From: Lama guanicoe
Lineage: Eukaryota
Length of the DNA stretch: 64,000 bases
Reading direction: 5' to 3'
Assembly (NCBI GenBank): GCA_013239625.1
Contig: MU054323.1
Location: 3,894,161-3,958,160, forward strand
Position numbers and translations under genes: made by a program
Shown here: positions 48,812 through 61,310 of the stretch, in pieces
How the letters are laid out: each line of letters begins with the position of its first letter
How positions within the stretch are numbered: position 1 is the first letter of the stretch
Notes under the pieces: generated by a model
Told to the model about the DNA's origin: nothing
Database searches by the model: none
Seen by the model: the letters and a program-made list of their open reading frames with translations, nothing else

Positions 48812-49230
48812 CTCAGTTGAGGATTATTAGATTGTAAGAAACAAAAACTACTCAAGTGAATTGAAGCAACATGGGAGGATAAACAGTAACCAGAGAGAAG
48901 GGCTGAGAGTATGGCCAGGCCTCATGGAGCCTGGAGAGCTTCTGGGTGGTACTTGTCAGACTGTCTGTGTCTCGTTCTCTGAAATGACATCATCTCTCTT
49001 CTTTGCTTCTTTCAGCTCCAGGCTCTTTCCCTGGAGCTTCCTCTACAAGGCCTTTTATTTCTGTTCCTTCAGGATTTCAGCTTGCCCACGGCTTTGGGAG
49101 CTCCCCAAAAGAGCTCCCCCTCACTGAAGTCATCTGCATTTTGGCTAGAAGCTGACTTAATAGTTGGGAAAGCCCTAGTTTCCAGGCCAACTCAGAGGCA
49201 AGAGGGTAACCACAAGGAAGATGTCCAGGA
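48812..49230 (-). mobile_element. Old MaLR LTR (MLT1K/L/M-like)
   Basis: tcagttgaggatt...gattgtaagaaacaaaaactactcaag...aagcaa...caggcctcatgga. Confidence 0.5.
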
Positions 49231-50419
49231 AGCATATTGGAGGCAACAGCAAGACAAGTTCTATACCCACGAGGGAGTGTGTGTGAGCCCCTGGGCCCCA
49301 GGAGAGGAGGCGGAGAGTCTCAGAGGTTTAAAAACCCCAGTGACTTTCCAGGATGAAAGCACAGGGTCCAAGGTCACCAGAATTGGGCTCTAGGGCCTGG
49401 GTTGTCCCTGAGAGCCAGGGACGTCAGCGGGAAGAGCCAGCCTATGACCTTCCAGAGACACCCAGGAGGAGCTTTGTCCTGCTCAGAGGGTCCAGTTTAC
49501 CTCCGAAAACATGTTCAGGGCTGAGCTGATACCCTGGAAGAGAAAAGACCCTCTTTCTCCCTGAGACTTCACCACAGCACATCAAGAAGCCACCTGACCC
49601 ACTGAGAAACCACCTGGTTCAGGTGATAATGATGAGGAGCGCAGAACAGGTGGGGCCTTTCCACTGGTCTGAAGTTCTTGAGTAGCCAGCTCAGGAGCGC
49701 CCTCGCCACCAGCCCATCTCCTCCCTGGCTCGGGTCACTCGCCAGGGCCCTGCGACATAGAGGAAGCTGTAAAGAAACTGAGTCTGGTAGGGCCTGCCGG
49801 TGGTCATGGGTGTGTTTGGAGGGCGAACGTGAGTCATTAACCAAGGTCCATGACAAATTTCTACAGGTAATTACTTTATATTTGTATTTGAAAGTCATCA
49901 TCCTGGGTTGTGACAGAGGGATATGTTCAGTATAGAATTTCTGTTTTGCCTGGAAAACTAGCTTTTGGCTGTAAAAGTGGCATGCAATCAATTGTCTGTA
50001 TTTTGGCCTTCACGCTGCATTTCCTTCCCTGCTGTGAGGCAGTAACTCAGCGCATGCCTCCCCTCAGCCTGCTCCAGGCTGCTCAGAAACACTCCTGTCC
50101 CTCTACCGGAGCCGTGGCAATCCTGCTGAGGGTGAGCCCTGGCACTCAAGCCTCTCTGCTCTCCTGGCCAGCCAGAGGCCCCACCTGCAGAACAAGGCCC
50201 CCAGACTTCCTAGAAGGAGGACAAAAGGGAGTTCTGATTTGCTGAGGATCTTAGAATCACTGTGGCCCAAATAAATGCTTGTTGTCATGGTGACAAGCAT
50301 CAGCTGGGACCCTCTGGGCATGAGGTGGATAGAGAGTCCATAGGCATGGCCTCTAGCCTTCAAGCTAGCACTTGAAGCAATTCAGCTAGCACACTCTAGC
50401 AATCAAGATCCTGCTTTTG

Positions 50420-50484
50420 GGAGTTAGGCTTTTGTTCAAATCCTTGCTTGTATCACTTACTAGCTGTGTGTCTTTAGGCAATTG
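50420..50484 (+). mobile_element. MIR truncated by an N-gap
   Basis: gttcaaatcctt...cacttactagctgtgtgtctttaggcaa. Confidence 0.8.
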
Positions 50485-53400
50485 NNNNNNNNNNNNNNNN
50501 NNNNNNNNNNNNNNNNNNNNNNNNNNNNNNNNNNNNNNNNNNNNNNNNNNNNNNNNNNNNNNNNNNNNNNNNNNNNNNNNNNNNNNNNNNNNNNNNNNNN
50601 NNNNNNNNNNNNNNNNNNNNNNNNNNNNNNNNNNNNNNNNNNNNNNNNNNAATGTTTTTATCGGTGACCGCTATCTGGTATGTATTTGAAAAGCATTTGC
50701 TTCATTAATGTCTACATTACTGATGCTATGTTTGTGCTCTGCCTGATTTTTGATGCCTGGTGTAGGCAGCGCATGGAGGCAGGGAAAACTCGAAAGCTCG
50801 CTGCATGCTTTAAATAGCATCCAGGAAGAATCTGTCACGTTTTGGAGATGCTAGCCAAAGAACATCTTATTTCCAGCCAAGCACCTTGTTTGTCCAGCTA
50901 CAGAGTGTGGCCTGTTTATCTGAGACAAAGTCACCCCAGCCCCATTTTTTATATTTACTTCTCAAGAAGTACAGCCAGAGGAGGAAATTAAGTTGTGGCT
51001 TGGTTGCAGCCCAAGATGCAGACATTTTCCTTTTTGATAGGCGCATCGCCCTTCCAGTGGCCCCGTGAAACATGCAGGAACTGAGAATCACTTACGGTCA
51101 TTGGAGGAATTGATACCCTTTGAAAGAGGGCTGGGGAATAATGCAAATATCACGTGGTATCTGCTATGCACAGAATAGAAGGAACAAACCAATTAACTGA
51201 TGGAATGTGGGGCATCTAGGGGAACTGCAGGGGCTCTGAAAGGCCAAGAAAATCAGTCAAGTGGGGCCCCAGGTGGACAGGAGTCAGCTGCTGGTGCTAA
51301 GTCTGGTCAGAACTAACTAAAGCCCGTCTAGTGGTTTCGACTTGCTCTGGGTCAGTCTCTCAAGTTCTCAGGATCCTGATTTTCTTTCTATCCCTCTTTG
51401 AACTGGTAAGTTCCTACATCAGAGCCCAAACCTCAAGCCCAAATCCCACCCTTTCTGGAATCTTGAGTTCCCCCTAACTTGGGGCTCTGTGTTCCTGCTG
51501 CCGTCTGGGGCAAGTGTGCCTGGATCTGTCTCTTCTGCTGACCAGCCAGCTCAGACTGAGGACACCTAGTCATGCCCAGATTTGAATCTCTGAAGCAGGA
51601 GTAGGTTTTTAGTGGGTGCCTCATGCACTGAAGGAAGGATCTTTGGGAAAGTGTACAATCATCAATTAGCAATGTCTGCTGTGGACCAGGGCACACATGG
51701 CATAGGCTGATCCTGGACTAGTGCACAGTAAGTGATTTAGAAATGTTTGTGCAGCAAATAGCGAAATGAGGGATGAGTAGAATGGACAGGGGAAGTGTCT
51801 TCCTGAAGCTCATAGGCAGTTTGTTGTAGACTGTGGACGAGAGAGCTGTCTTTTGATTGGCAGCTCTGAATTCTTCCTCCGTGTATCACTTGCTCTTGTT
51901 CTTGGTTCAGAGCCTGGGGGTTGTGAGACATCACCAACCAAAGTGGGAGAGAGAATCTGGTAAAGGCCAAAGCAGATGCATCTTGAGGCAGCCTAGGGAA
52001 GAGACTTCAGCTGAAAAGAGACAGACTAGACCAGGGGATGCCTGGCTTCTCTACCCCTCAAACAGAATTTGATTCCAGGTTCAACTGGGGATTGCTAGTC
52101 ATANNNNNNNNNNNNNNNNNNNNNNNNNNNNNNNNNNNNNNNNNNNNNNNNNNNNNNNNNNNNNNNNNNNNNNNNNNNNNNNNNNNNNNNNNNNNNNNNN
52201 NNNNNNNNNNNNNNNNNNNNNNNNNNNNNNNNNNNNNNAATTGATGCTCAGGAAGATGATTAAAAATTTTCTGATTGTGCCCAAATGAGTATGGAACTGT
52301 TTAATAAGGAGCTGAGGTCTGGGATCCCTGTGAGGCACATTCTTGAATCCTCATGGCTGGGATTTCACTTGGGGCAAAGGGACAAAAGGGAGGGCTAGGG
52401 CTGTGCTGGTTTAGTTTGTTTCCTGGTCTAGGGTGGGCAAGCACTCTCCTGCTGCCCTGCTCACCCTTCTCCCATCTTTCTGGAGCCTGAGTTCCAATTG
52501 CTTGATTCTCAAACACATCACCAACCTTGCTTCCCAGGGCAGAGGGAAGGCCAGGAAGAGTGTGTGGTTGTTACAGTGTTGGAATCTCACAGGCATACTG
52601 TGAGGATTCTGGGACATGGGGATTACCATCCATTTTCGCTCTCAGAGAGATTATGGTGATCTAAAGTCTTGTTGAGCCTAAAATCCTATATGACTCACAC
52701 AGGTGTTAGAATAAGCTGTCTCAGGGCTGGTTGGCTGGACCTCTGCCGGCTAGAAGCCTGTAATGAGTGAGCTGGACCATGTCAACCAGCTCCCCTCACT
52801 AAGGAGGCACTAAATGCCCATTGTAGCTTGGGATGCTTCCCTGGGGACTCCGCTGGATGCAGTGATGCAGGAAGCCCACTGTGCACCCCAGAGTTGGGAG
52901 AGAGGGCCCTGAGTGGGCCCTCCAACCTCACATCTCAGCCAGAGCCAACAGGCTCGGAAGAGAAAGGAAGCAGTGCTCATTCATCTTACGAGATGGTGGG
53001 GCAGGGGGCCCTCAGCCCACGTTTGTGTTTCCTGCAGATCCCTATGGCCCCACATTCTCCCTGGCCCTGCGATGCCTGTCTTCTTGGCTAGGGCTTGCTT
53101 TGTGTGGCATGAACAGAGTCAGATGAGAGGCTTAAGAGACAAACAGACCAAGAACCAAACCAAAACAAACCAAACCGAGGTGGCTCTTATCATTCATTAG
53201 ATAATAGAAGCCAAATGACTGCCTTGCTCTAGGCACTGAGACCAGAGAGTACAAAGTTCTAGCCTCGATCTAGCTGTCATTTCAATGGGCACACTTTATC
53301 TTTTGCAAACTCTTGATGTTACTGAGTGAGCTAAATTTTATTAAGTGTGTTTTCTGTTTTCTAGGGTTGGAAGGTAATTGAGGGAACGGTAAATATTAGC

Positions 53401-54889
53401 AAGGTGAGTCAAAGCAGCACATTGTTCTTGTCTTCTCCATCCTTGTCCTGTTCCCGGGGAGGAGGGGAGAGTGAACAGTGTGGTTCTACTCAGTCGGCTA
53501 TACCAATGAGGCTTCCTCCCACTGGCCCTGCCTGAGGCTCTGTTGTGTCCAGCTGGCTGTCAGGGAGAGGGACTGCCATCCAGGACATGGAGGGCCCCCC
53601 AAATTACAAGTTTGGGTAGTGAGGCCAGTGGCGAAGACCCTGATTCTAGGGAGGATTTGGGGGTCCAGGAGTAGTCTGGTCCATGCTAGTCCTCTACCCA
53701 GTGAGGAATACACATAGTCAGCTTAACACCCATGGTCTGGGCAATTCTCTGTAAATCCTGATCTTGGGCTGAGCATATTTGGCACATTTTGAGCTTTAAC
53801 TCAATTTTGAACATTGGTTTGGATCCAACAGTGGGTGTTACCCTGAACCTTAGGTTGTGTGTAAAATATGTCTCCTTGTGTGAAGGACAGCCATGTGCAG
53901 ATGTTGCCTCCTCTGTACTGAGTGGCGCAGGTGCACAGGGAGGATGTCATGAGCATCAGGGATAATTCAAGTCAACTCCTTGGAGGCAGGAGCTGTGCAG
54001 GGAACTGGCTCCCTTTTCTGACCCTTCAGCTGATGTTGACCTGAAGTAAGGTGGCCAAAATAAAGAGGTGATGGGTGGTCGGAGGGAAGGACACCTGGGG
54101 GTCCAGGAAAGGGTTCAAAACAGAGACTTTGCCTTTGTTGACCTGATTCTGCTGGAGGCAAACACAAGCAGTATGTTTAGGGAGTCATTACTTGGTTCCT
54201 GATCCTTTGCTGGGGGTGAAGATGTTATGGGACGTGTTCCTTGCATGCAGGGAGGAGTACAGGGCTCTTCCAGGATATAGGCAGGTGGGTGGTCCCAGTG
54301 GAGAGTGGCTTGGTCCAGTGGCAGCAGCTCTGATGAATGACTTCTGGAGCACAGAAATTTGGTTGGAAGGCCCTCCAAATAGTCCCGTTGGTCTTGGCAG
54401 TCAGGCCATGTGCAGTCCATTCATCAGTGTCGCCTCTGAAATTCCCAGGGGCCCCTCTACATAAAATGAAACAGAGACAGCATGTGTGCAGCTGGAAGTG
54501 CATCTCCCCAGCAGGCACGGCCCTGGGCAGCCCTTGGGTGGAGTTCTTCAGGTGGGAAGGGGTTTATTTCTGGGGCATCTTACTCAAGTGAGAGACACTC
54601 GCTGGAGAAAGTCAAGCCTGGGGCCGAGGCTGGGAGGGAGCGCTTTCTCCAAGCCCAGACATGCCAGGCCTTTTCTTGGAGGCTCAGCTGTTCTCCTGGC
54701 TGTGAGAGATGTCTCTGGAAGTTACCCTGATGTAAGTCCAAGCTGGGAGGGACATGAGAGGTTCTGAGACACAAAAACCTCATAGAACAGAGGGGAGTTT
54801 GTGGCCCCTATAGAAGGAGTCAGAGGCCAACAAATGACACGGTCCTGCAGGAGGGGGACAGCTTTGCAGGTGGAACTACTCCAGGCAGA

Positions 54890-54972
54890 ATGGAGAGATT
54901 TGTGTTTGTTTTGGGCTCTCCCAGAAGAGAGCAGGCACACAGCAGGTGCTCATTAACTGTTTGTTGAAAGAA
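54890..54972 (+). mobile_element. L2 3' terminus
   Basis: ggcacacagcaggtgctcattaactgtttgttgaaagaa. Confidence 0.65.
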
Positions 54973-55751
54973 ACAATATAGCCCATCTCTACTTCTGGGC
55001 CTGGCTCAGCACCTTGTGACACTGGCTGGAGTAGGAGGCCAGGAGGTGAGAAGTCCCTCATTTGTGCTCAGGCCAGGGAGTGTGGGCTGACCTGCTCTGG
55101 AGTTCGTTTGAGAGCAAAGCGCTGTGACGCACTCTTGTGAGGATTTCTACAACTGTCAGGAAGTGCACCCCACAGGGAGTAACAGACCAAGTGAGGAACG
55201 CGCCCACCCCTGGTCTGTGGCTGGTGCCAAGCTGGGCTCACCTGGAGCTGGTGGACCCTAAGCCTCTTCCTCAACTTTCTGCTAAGTGGCTGAACATGTG
55301 GACTTTCTGGGAGCTTGGAGGCTGTGGACAATCACACCTGCCTGCCTGGGATGGGGCTGTTTCTCTTCTAGTTGAGCTGACATCTAACAGGTAGAGCTCT
55401 TGTGTGTGCTGAAGACTCCAGGCCAGGTTGACAAAAGCCTTGCTCTCGGCCCCCTCTCTCAAGGACCAGCCATCTGACCATGGCTGGGGAGCCCTTCTCT
55501 GCTTCCAGGTATCTGACGGCGTAGCCCTGGGTTTCGAAGGAGCAGCTGAGGGAACCCTGGAACAGGAAACAGAGGATTTCAGAAGCAGAGGTGGGCGGTG
55601 AGTCTGGAATGGGGCACCTGGCAGCTACACAGAGGTACCAGGAGGGAGGATGCCCTGGGGTTATATGGGTGGGGGTGCACCTGATCATTTGTGTGTGCAT
55701 GCCTGCACATACGTTCGTGCAGATGTGTGTTGCCTGCTGTCTGTACATAGG

Positions 55752-56053
55752 TATGAAAAGATAAAACTGAGGCATATTAAACATTTTAAGAGTTTACTGG
55801 TGCAAAATCAGTTTGAATCGGGCAGTGCCAAGTTGGAAGTGCTCCACCGACAGGAGCTAGGGGCAAGACTTATAGACAGAAGAGGCAGAAGCCAAGCAAG
55901 GAAAGAATTTGATTGGCTACAGCTGGAGCGGTTGCCTTATCTGGGAGCATCTAGTTGGCTAATTGTGATCGGTTGCTCTTAAGTTTCGATTTTGCTTTGC
56001 TTACATAGGCTCCTAAGGCATTAGAACCACGTCAGTATGTTTATTTTTTAACA
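55752..56053 (-). mobile_element. ERV1-class solo LTR (MER31/MER67-related)
   Basis: aaagataaaactgaggcatattaaa...agagttta...gaatcgggcag...ttatagacag...gattggctacagct...ttgccttat...gttggct...ttttttaaca. Confidence 0.75.
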
Positions 56054-56489
56054 AAAAGCATTTCTGCACTCCTGTGTTCCATGTGCACAAACTTACAGGG
56101 CCAGGGTCAATGTCACATTTGTGCCTACATGCCTGTGTATGTGCTTAGGATACTGTCACCCAGGGGCAGCATTCAGCCTGGCACAGGAACTGACCCATCG
56201 GAATGGACACTGTCAGATACACAGCAGTGTCTGGAGTCTTGGGGAGGCCCAGTGGGTCCCCTAGGATGACTGGGGCAGGGGCGGGAGGCATTTGGAGAGG
56301 TTCTGATTGGTTCAGATATATTTCAGTATTTTAATAACTTGTTTGGCCTTCCTAGTGCTAATGGGAAGAACATCAATTCTGTTGTCGCCAAAAATAAACT
56401 TAGGGAGTAATAAGGAAAATATATCCTGGCTAAGGTGAGTTAGATTTTCAACAAAGGGAGTGACAGGATTTGATATACAAGTTAGAAAG

Positions 56490-56905
56490 GTTACTCTCTT
56501 GGCTTTAGACAAGTTACTTAATCCCCCTGTAAAACTGGGTTGCCCACACCCACCTTTACATAAGGTTGATGTGAGGATGAAAGGAGATAAAGCCACTCAG
56601 TGTGCCTGGCACAGGGAAGATTTTAAAATTACTGGTGTCATCCTTTGTGTTATAAAAATGGTACTGTGTATGTTTGCAGGTATGGTTTTGGAGATCACAC
56701 AGATCTGGATTTTAAGCCCAGTTTGCTGTGGATAAGTTGTAAAATTGAAGCTACTCAACCTTTTGGAGCCTGTTTCCCTATCTGTAAAATAAAGACCACA
56801 GTTTGGGACTATGGGTTTATTGTAACACTGTGAACACTGTCTCGCACACAGGAAGTAATCTGTAGACAAGTCCCTATTATTGTTACTCCTGATGATGATG
56901 ATGGT
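56490..56905 (+). mobile_element. Two tandem MIR SINEs (about 56490-56640 and 56660-56905)
   Basis: caagttacttaat...ctgtaaaactggg...gtgaggatgaaa...gtgcctggcacag; then cagatctggatttt...gagcctgtttccctatctgtaaaata...ctattatt. Confidence 0.75.
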
Positions 56906-57519
56906 TATAGGAGGGACACTGTCCATTGAGCCCTTTCGAAGTTACCTGGTCCAGCTGTTTCATTGTGCAGGTAGGACCACTGTGGTCTGGAGAAATGTGA
57001 CAGGGGACTGACCTCTGATGGGCTCACTGAGGCATGAGAAAGCCAAGGGGCCTTCAGCTGGGGTGACTTTCTTCACTTTGCTGAGTCTGGAACTTTGTGA
57101 CCTTGTGACCTTTGTGACCACAGCTAATCTTGGGACTTTGTGAGCCGTTGGTGCCGTACATGTCTTTCAATACTTCCAATCAACTCGCCAAGTTGCGTGC
57201 AGCTGAGAACTTGTTCCTACTCCACACTGCTGTTGTGTGTTGCGGCAGCATCCTCCTGGATCCTGGGCTCCTGGTAACTTTGTGGGGAGGGGAGGAGAGT
57301 ATTAGTGAGCTCCTTCGCTGCTGGACGCAGTGGTGGCCTGGCTGGCTTACCCAGGTCGGCCGACTACCTTGGTCCCATCACCTGAGAAATGTCCTCTCTG
57401 TGTTGTGAGGTCTGCGAGATGCCTTAAGTTAGAGCCCAGGCAGAAACTCAGTCAAGACAAGGCCTCCTAGTGCCCCAGGCTGGTAGCCCGTGTGGGTCTC
57501 TGAAGTCAGATCATCAGAT

Positions 57520-57700
57520 AATCAAAACAGCAAGTACCGCTTTCTGTAGTACTGTAGCGTTCACTGGTGTCAGTCACCGCTCTAAGCACCTGACACGTAT
57601 TAATGCCTATAATTTTCATAAGCACCTCTGAGGTAGGTACTGTTATTACCCACATGTTACATGACAGAGCAGCCCAGGGATCTCAGAAGGCCACAACCCT
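57520..57700 (-). mobile_element. MIR SINE
   Basis: caccgctctaagcac...acgtattaa...ctctgaggtaggtactgttattaccc. Confidence 0.75.
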
Positions 57701-60629
57701 GGCACAGGAGGGAACAGGAAACAGATCCAGGTGGCCGGGCCTTGGAGTCTCCTCTGTGTCCTCGGTTGGAGGATGGGAACGAAGGACAAAGTCCCTTCTT
57801 TCCCCTGAGGGAGACCTGGGCTGAATGTGGGGGGAAAACTGTGAGCTTGGACGTTTCTTCCAGCACAGGGATGCCCTGGAGCCCCGTGCGGGGCTGGGCG
57901 GCCCTGAGAGCAGCTTGCTCTGCATTCCCCGGCGGCCTTGCACAGTTGCTGGGAGAACCTCCAGGGAGCATCATTAATCACAGTGTGGCCCCTCCTGGGG
58001 ACCGGCCCGCCTCACCCTGCCTCTCCTCCGTCACTTACCGAGTTCTCACTGAGCAAGGGGTGCGGCCTCCCTTGCAGTGTGGGCTCCCTCCCAGCATCCC
58101 TGAAGGTGTGTAGTTGGAACCGCCGTTGCTGCCCTAAAGTTGATCTGTAAGGTTTTGCTGTGCCCCTGCCGGGCGCCTGGGCACAGGAGGCCCAGTTGTG
58201 GGTTATGGATGAGATGAGATGTGTGAACCCAGGCCTGGCCCAGGAGGTGAGAAGGCCTCTCCCTCATCCTCAAGGGAAGACCACAGAAAACACAGGGCCA
58301 CCCTCTTCAAGTCCTCTCCACAGTCTGTGAATCTCCAATAAAGGGAACATGGGGATTTCCATATCTGGAAGAATTTTAAAGTTTGGTTTTCTGTCTGGGC
58401 AGCTGGGAAAGTCAGTGGAGAGTTCCGGTCCCAGTGGGCGATGGGCTGCTTCCTCCTGCCCCCGAGCTGGCCTCAGGCACACCCAGGGACTCTGCCCCAG
58501 CCAGGGCAGTGACATGGAGTTGGGGGGGGTGGCTAGATTCTCAGGGATCGGCGGGCCTTGAAACCGTAACCTCTCCTGAGCCATTGTATATTCTCACCTC
58601 CAGCTTTATATTTTGTTCAGAACGGCTCACTTTCTACTTCAGCACTTAATTCAACAGCTATAGAAAAATACGCTCTTTTTACTTTTTTCATCTTTTTGAC
58701 CTAAGATCATGTTGGTGCCAATTTCCTTTAAAATAATTCATTACCTGTAGGCCACTGGCGTGAAATCCCAGCGGTAGCCCCCGGCGACCCTCTCTCTGTA
58801 ATTCCATGGCCTCCCTTTGCTCACCCTCCCCTTGGGGAGCCTTGGCCTCTGTGTTTATACACTAATGTTTTTTCTCACACATTCATTGTGCGGCTTTCCT
58901 TAATTTGGTGTCCCGTCGGGTNNNNNNNNNNNNNNNNNNNNNNNNNNNNNNNNNNNNNNNNNNNNNNNNNNNNNNNNNNNNNNNNNNNNNNNNNNNNNNN
59001 NNNNNNNNNNNNNNNNNNNNNNNNNNNNNNNNNNNNNNNNNNNNNNNNNNNNNNNNNNNNNNNNNNNNNNNNNNNNNNNNNNNNNNNNNNNNNNNNNNNN
59101 NNNNNNNNNNNNNNNNNNNNNNNNNNNNNNNNNNNNNNNNNNNNNNNNNNNNNNNNNNNNNNNNNNNNNNNNNNNNNNNNNNNNNNNNNNNNNNNNNNNN
59201 NNNNNNNNNNNNNNNNNNNNNNNNNNNNNNNNNNNNNNACATCCCTGACTGCAAAATTCCTGACAGGTGGCAGCCAAGCTCTTAGCAACGCCACCGGGAA
59301 CTTGGAATTATCCAGGGGCCGTGGTGGTGGTTCCCTTGGGGCAGGTACAGGCCGGGTCAGGAGAGGCAAGGAGCCAGAGGGAAGGAGCCCGTGGAGGGAG
59401 CAGAACCTCGGCCTCCGGTGCCCCCGAGGCAGACCAGGGCCCAGCCTTAGCCTGGGGGCGAGCTGGGAAGGCGCAGAACAGCTTACCACCTCTGTGTCCT
59501 CAGCCAGAGTCCTGCTTTCCAGAAGCTCTGGGGGAGCTTCACTAGGGAACACCGGAGACTAACAGGGAAGCGGTTGCTGGTTTGTTGTGTAGACTTTACC
59601 TGGCTCCATGCTGGGTACTGGGTATAGCTGCACAAACCCACCTGCTCACTGGGCCCCTCCCCTCCCTCGTGTTCTAAGTGACCTTGTGTCTGCTGTTCGG
59701 TGTGCATGGTCTGTCTCCTTTCAAAACACAATTGTGGGAGAACAGCACCTTCTGTCTCACCTCCTTGACCACAGATCCCTGCCCAGTGGTAGCTGGGCTC
59801 TGTGGGGAGGTGGACGGGCATGTTGAGTTGAGCATCTCCCGAGGCCCCCACAGCAAGGCCCTGAGCTAGGGCCCATGTGGGAGACAGGGGTGACCCCACT
59901 GTGGCCTGGTGTGGCTGGAGGAGGGAGGCACTTCTGGGAGGGACTTTGGGAGGCCCTCAGTGGAGAAGGAATTGAGCTAGGCTTGAACAGGCCAGAGGAG
60001 TGGGTGAAGGAGGGGTCCTGGGAAGGAAGTGGACAAGGCATGGGTCTTGACTGGAGTTTTGGGGCTGCTGAGAGGTGGCTGTGATTGTCTGCAGCGTGCT
60101 TGCTCTGGACTGTGTTTGCAGCTTAGACAAGGGCAGTTCCTGGGCCGAGAGAGAATTCCACTGGGTTTCTGGTGGCACCCGAGTCTCCGAGGGGCCTGTT
60201 GCAGGTGTCCACCTGTTGACAATCCCAGCTTTGGTGGCTGCACGTCTGGATACCGAGGGACCCGGCCTCCAGACCTGGGCTTGGCTCTCCCCAGAGTCTC
60301 TGTGACCCAGCCTCCCAGAGAGCTGAGGAGAGNNNNNNNNNNNNNNNNNNNNNNNNNNNNNNNNNNNNNNNNNNNNNNNNNNNNNNNNNNNNNNNNNNNN
60401 NNNNNNNNNNNNNNNNNNNNNNNNNNNNNNNNNNNNNNNNNNNNNNNNNNNNNNNNNNNNNNNNAAGCTGACGGGAAGCGTGTGTTCTGTCCAACAAGAG
60501 AAAGCTTCTGCAGGAATCGAGATGGTGCAAAGAAGCCAGCTGTGCTGGGTGGCGGGTGAGCCAGGCCAGCTCCCAGTCAAAGCCCAGCAGGGGAGAGCTC
60601 AGCATTCTGGGAAAGCGTGGACCATCCTC

Positions 60630-60870
60630 ATCCAATCAACATACATTTGCTTAGCATCTCCTGTGTACCCAGCAATGTGCAGGTTGAGTGTGTGATGCCT
60701 TCAGCGGGCACTTCACCATGTTCCTGGGAGAGGGATTTTTATCAGGTAAAGACATGGAGGCTCAGGGAGGTTATGTGACTTCCCAGACACAGGTCAAAAG
60801 TATGAGAGAGGAGGAGCTGGGACCAGAACCCTGTCCCCCTGCTCCCTAAGTCCAATCTTGTTTCCACCCG
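60630..60870 (-). mobile_element. MIR SINE (with L2-like terminus)
   Basis: caacatacatttgcttagcatctcctgtgtaccc...gaggctcagggaggttatgtgacttccca...gagctggga...gaaccc. Confidence 0.7.
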
Positions 60871-61159
60871 ACCTGCCCTCTCCACTACAAAGTAATTGCT
60901 GGCTGGCCCGAAGCAGGGCCACTTTCAGGGTTGGGGTGTGCTGTCATACCTTCCTCTGGGGAAGCACAACCAAATTCTGTCCCCACAGTGGCCTGAGGGG
61001 AGCGGGGAACCTTGCCCCGCCTCTAAGGAGAGGGCCCCAGGCCGTGCTGAAGTATCACGGTGAGACAAGCCTATGTCAGGCCCAGAGGGAACATGAGGCT
61101 TGATGGAGAACGATGGACACTGTGGGCAGACAGAGGGTCAAGGCTGACGGAGCTCAGGA

Positions 61160-61310
61160 GAGGATGGCAAGTCTTGGAAGTTTTCCTAGAGGAGGTGGGA
61201 CCTCACAGGGCTCTGAATGGTTTCTTAGAGTGAGGGGAGTGTTCTATGCTTGGGGAAAAGAGTGAGCAAAGCCTAGGGGTGGGTGGCAAAGTATGATGTG
61301 TAGCCAAGGG
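61160..61310 (-). mobile_element. L2 fragment
   Basis: ggaagttttcctagaggaggtgggacct...ctgaatg...gtgttcta...gagcaaagcctagggg. Confidence 0.55.

Larger units (their letters stand above)
14394..60464. other. Nine assembly gaps: 14394-14573, 17690-17818, 37497-37748, 37801-37964, 38798-38928, 50485-50650, 52104-52238, 58922-59238, 60333-60464
   Basis: Runs of N seen directly; the coordinates span first to last gap. Confidence 0.99.
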
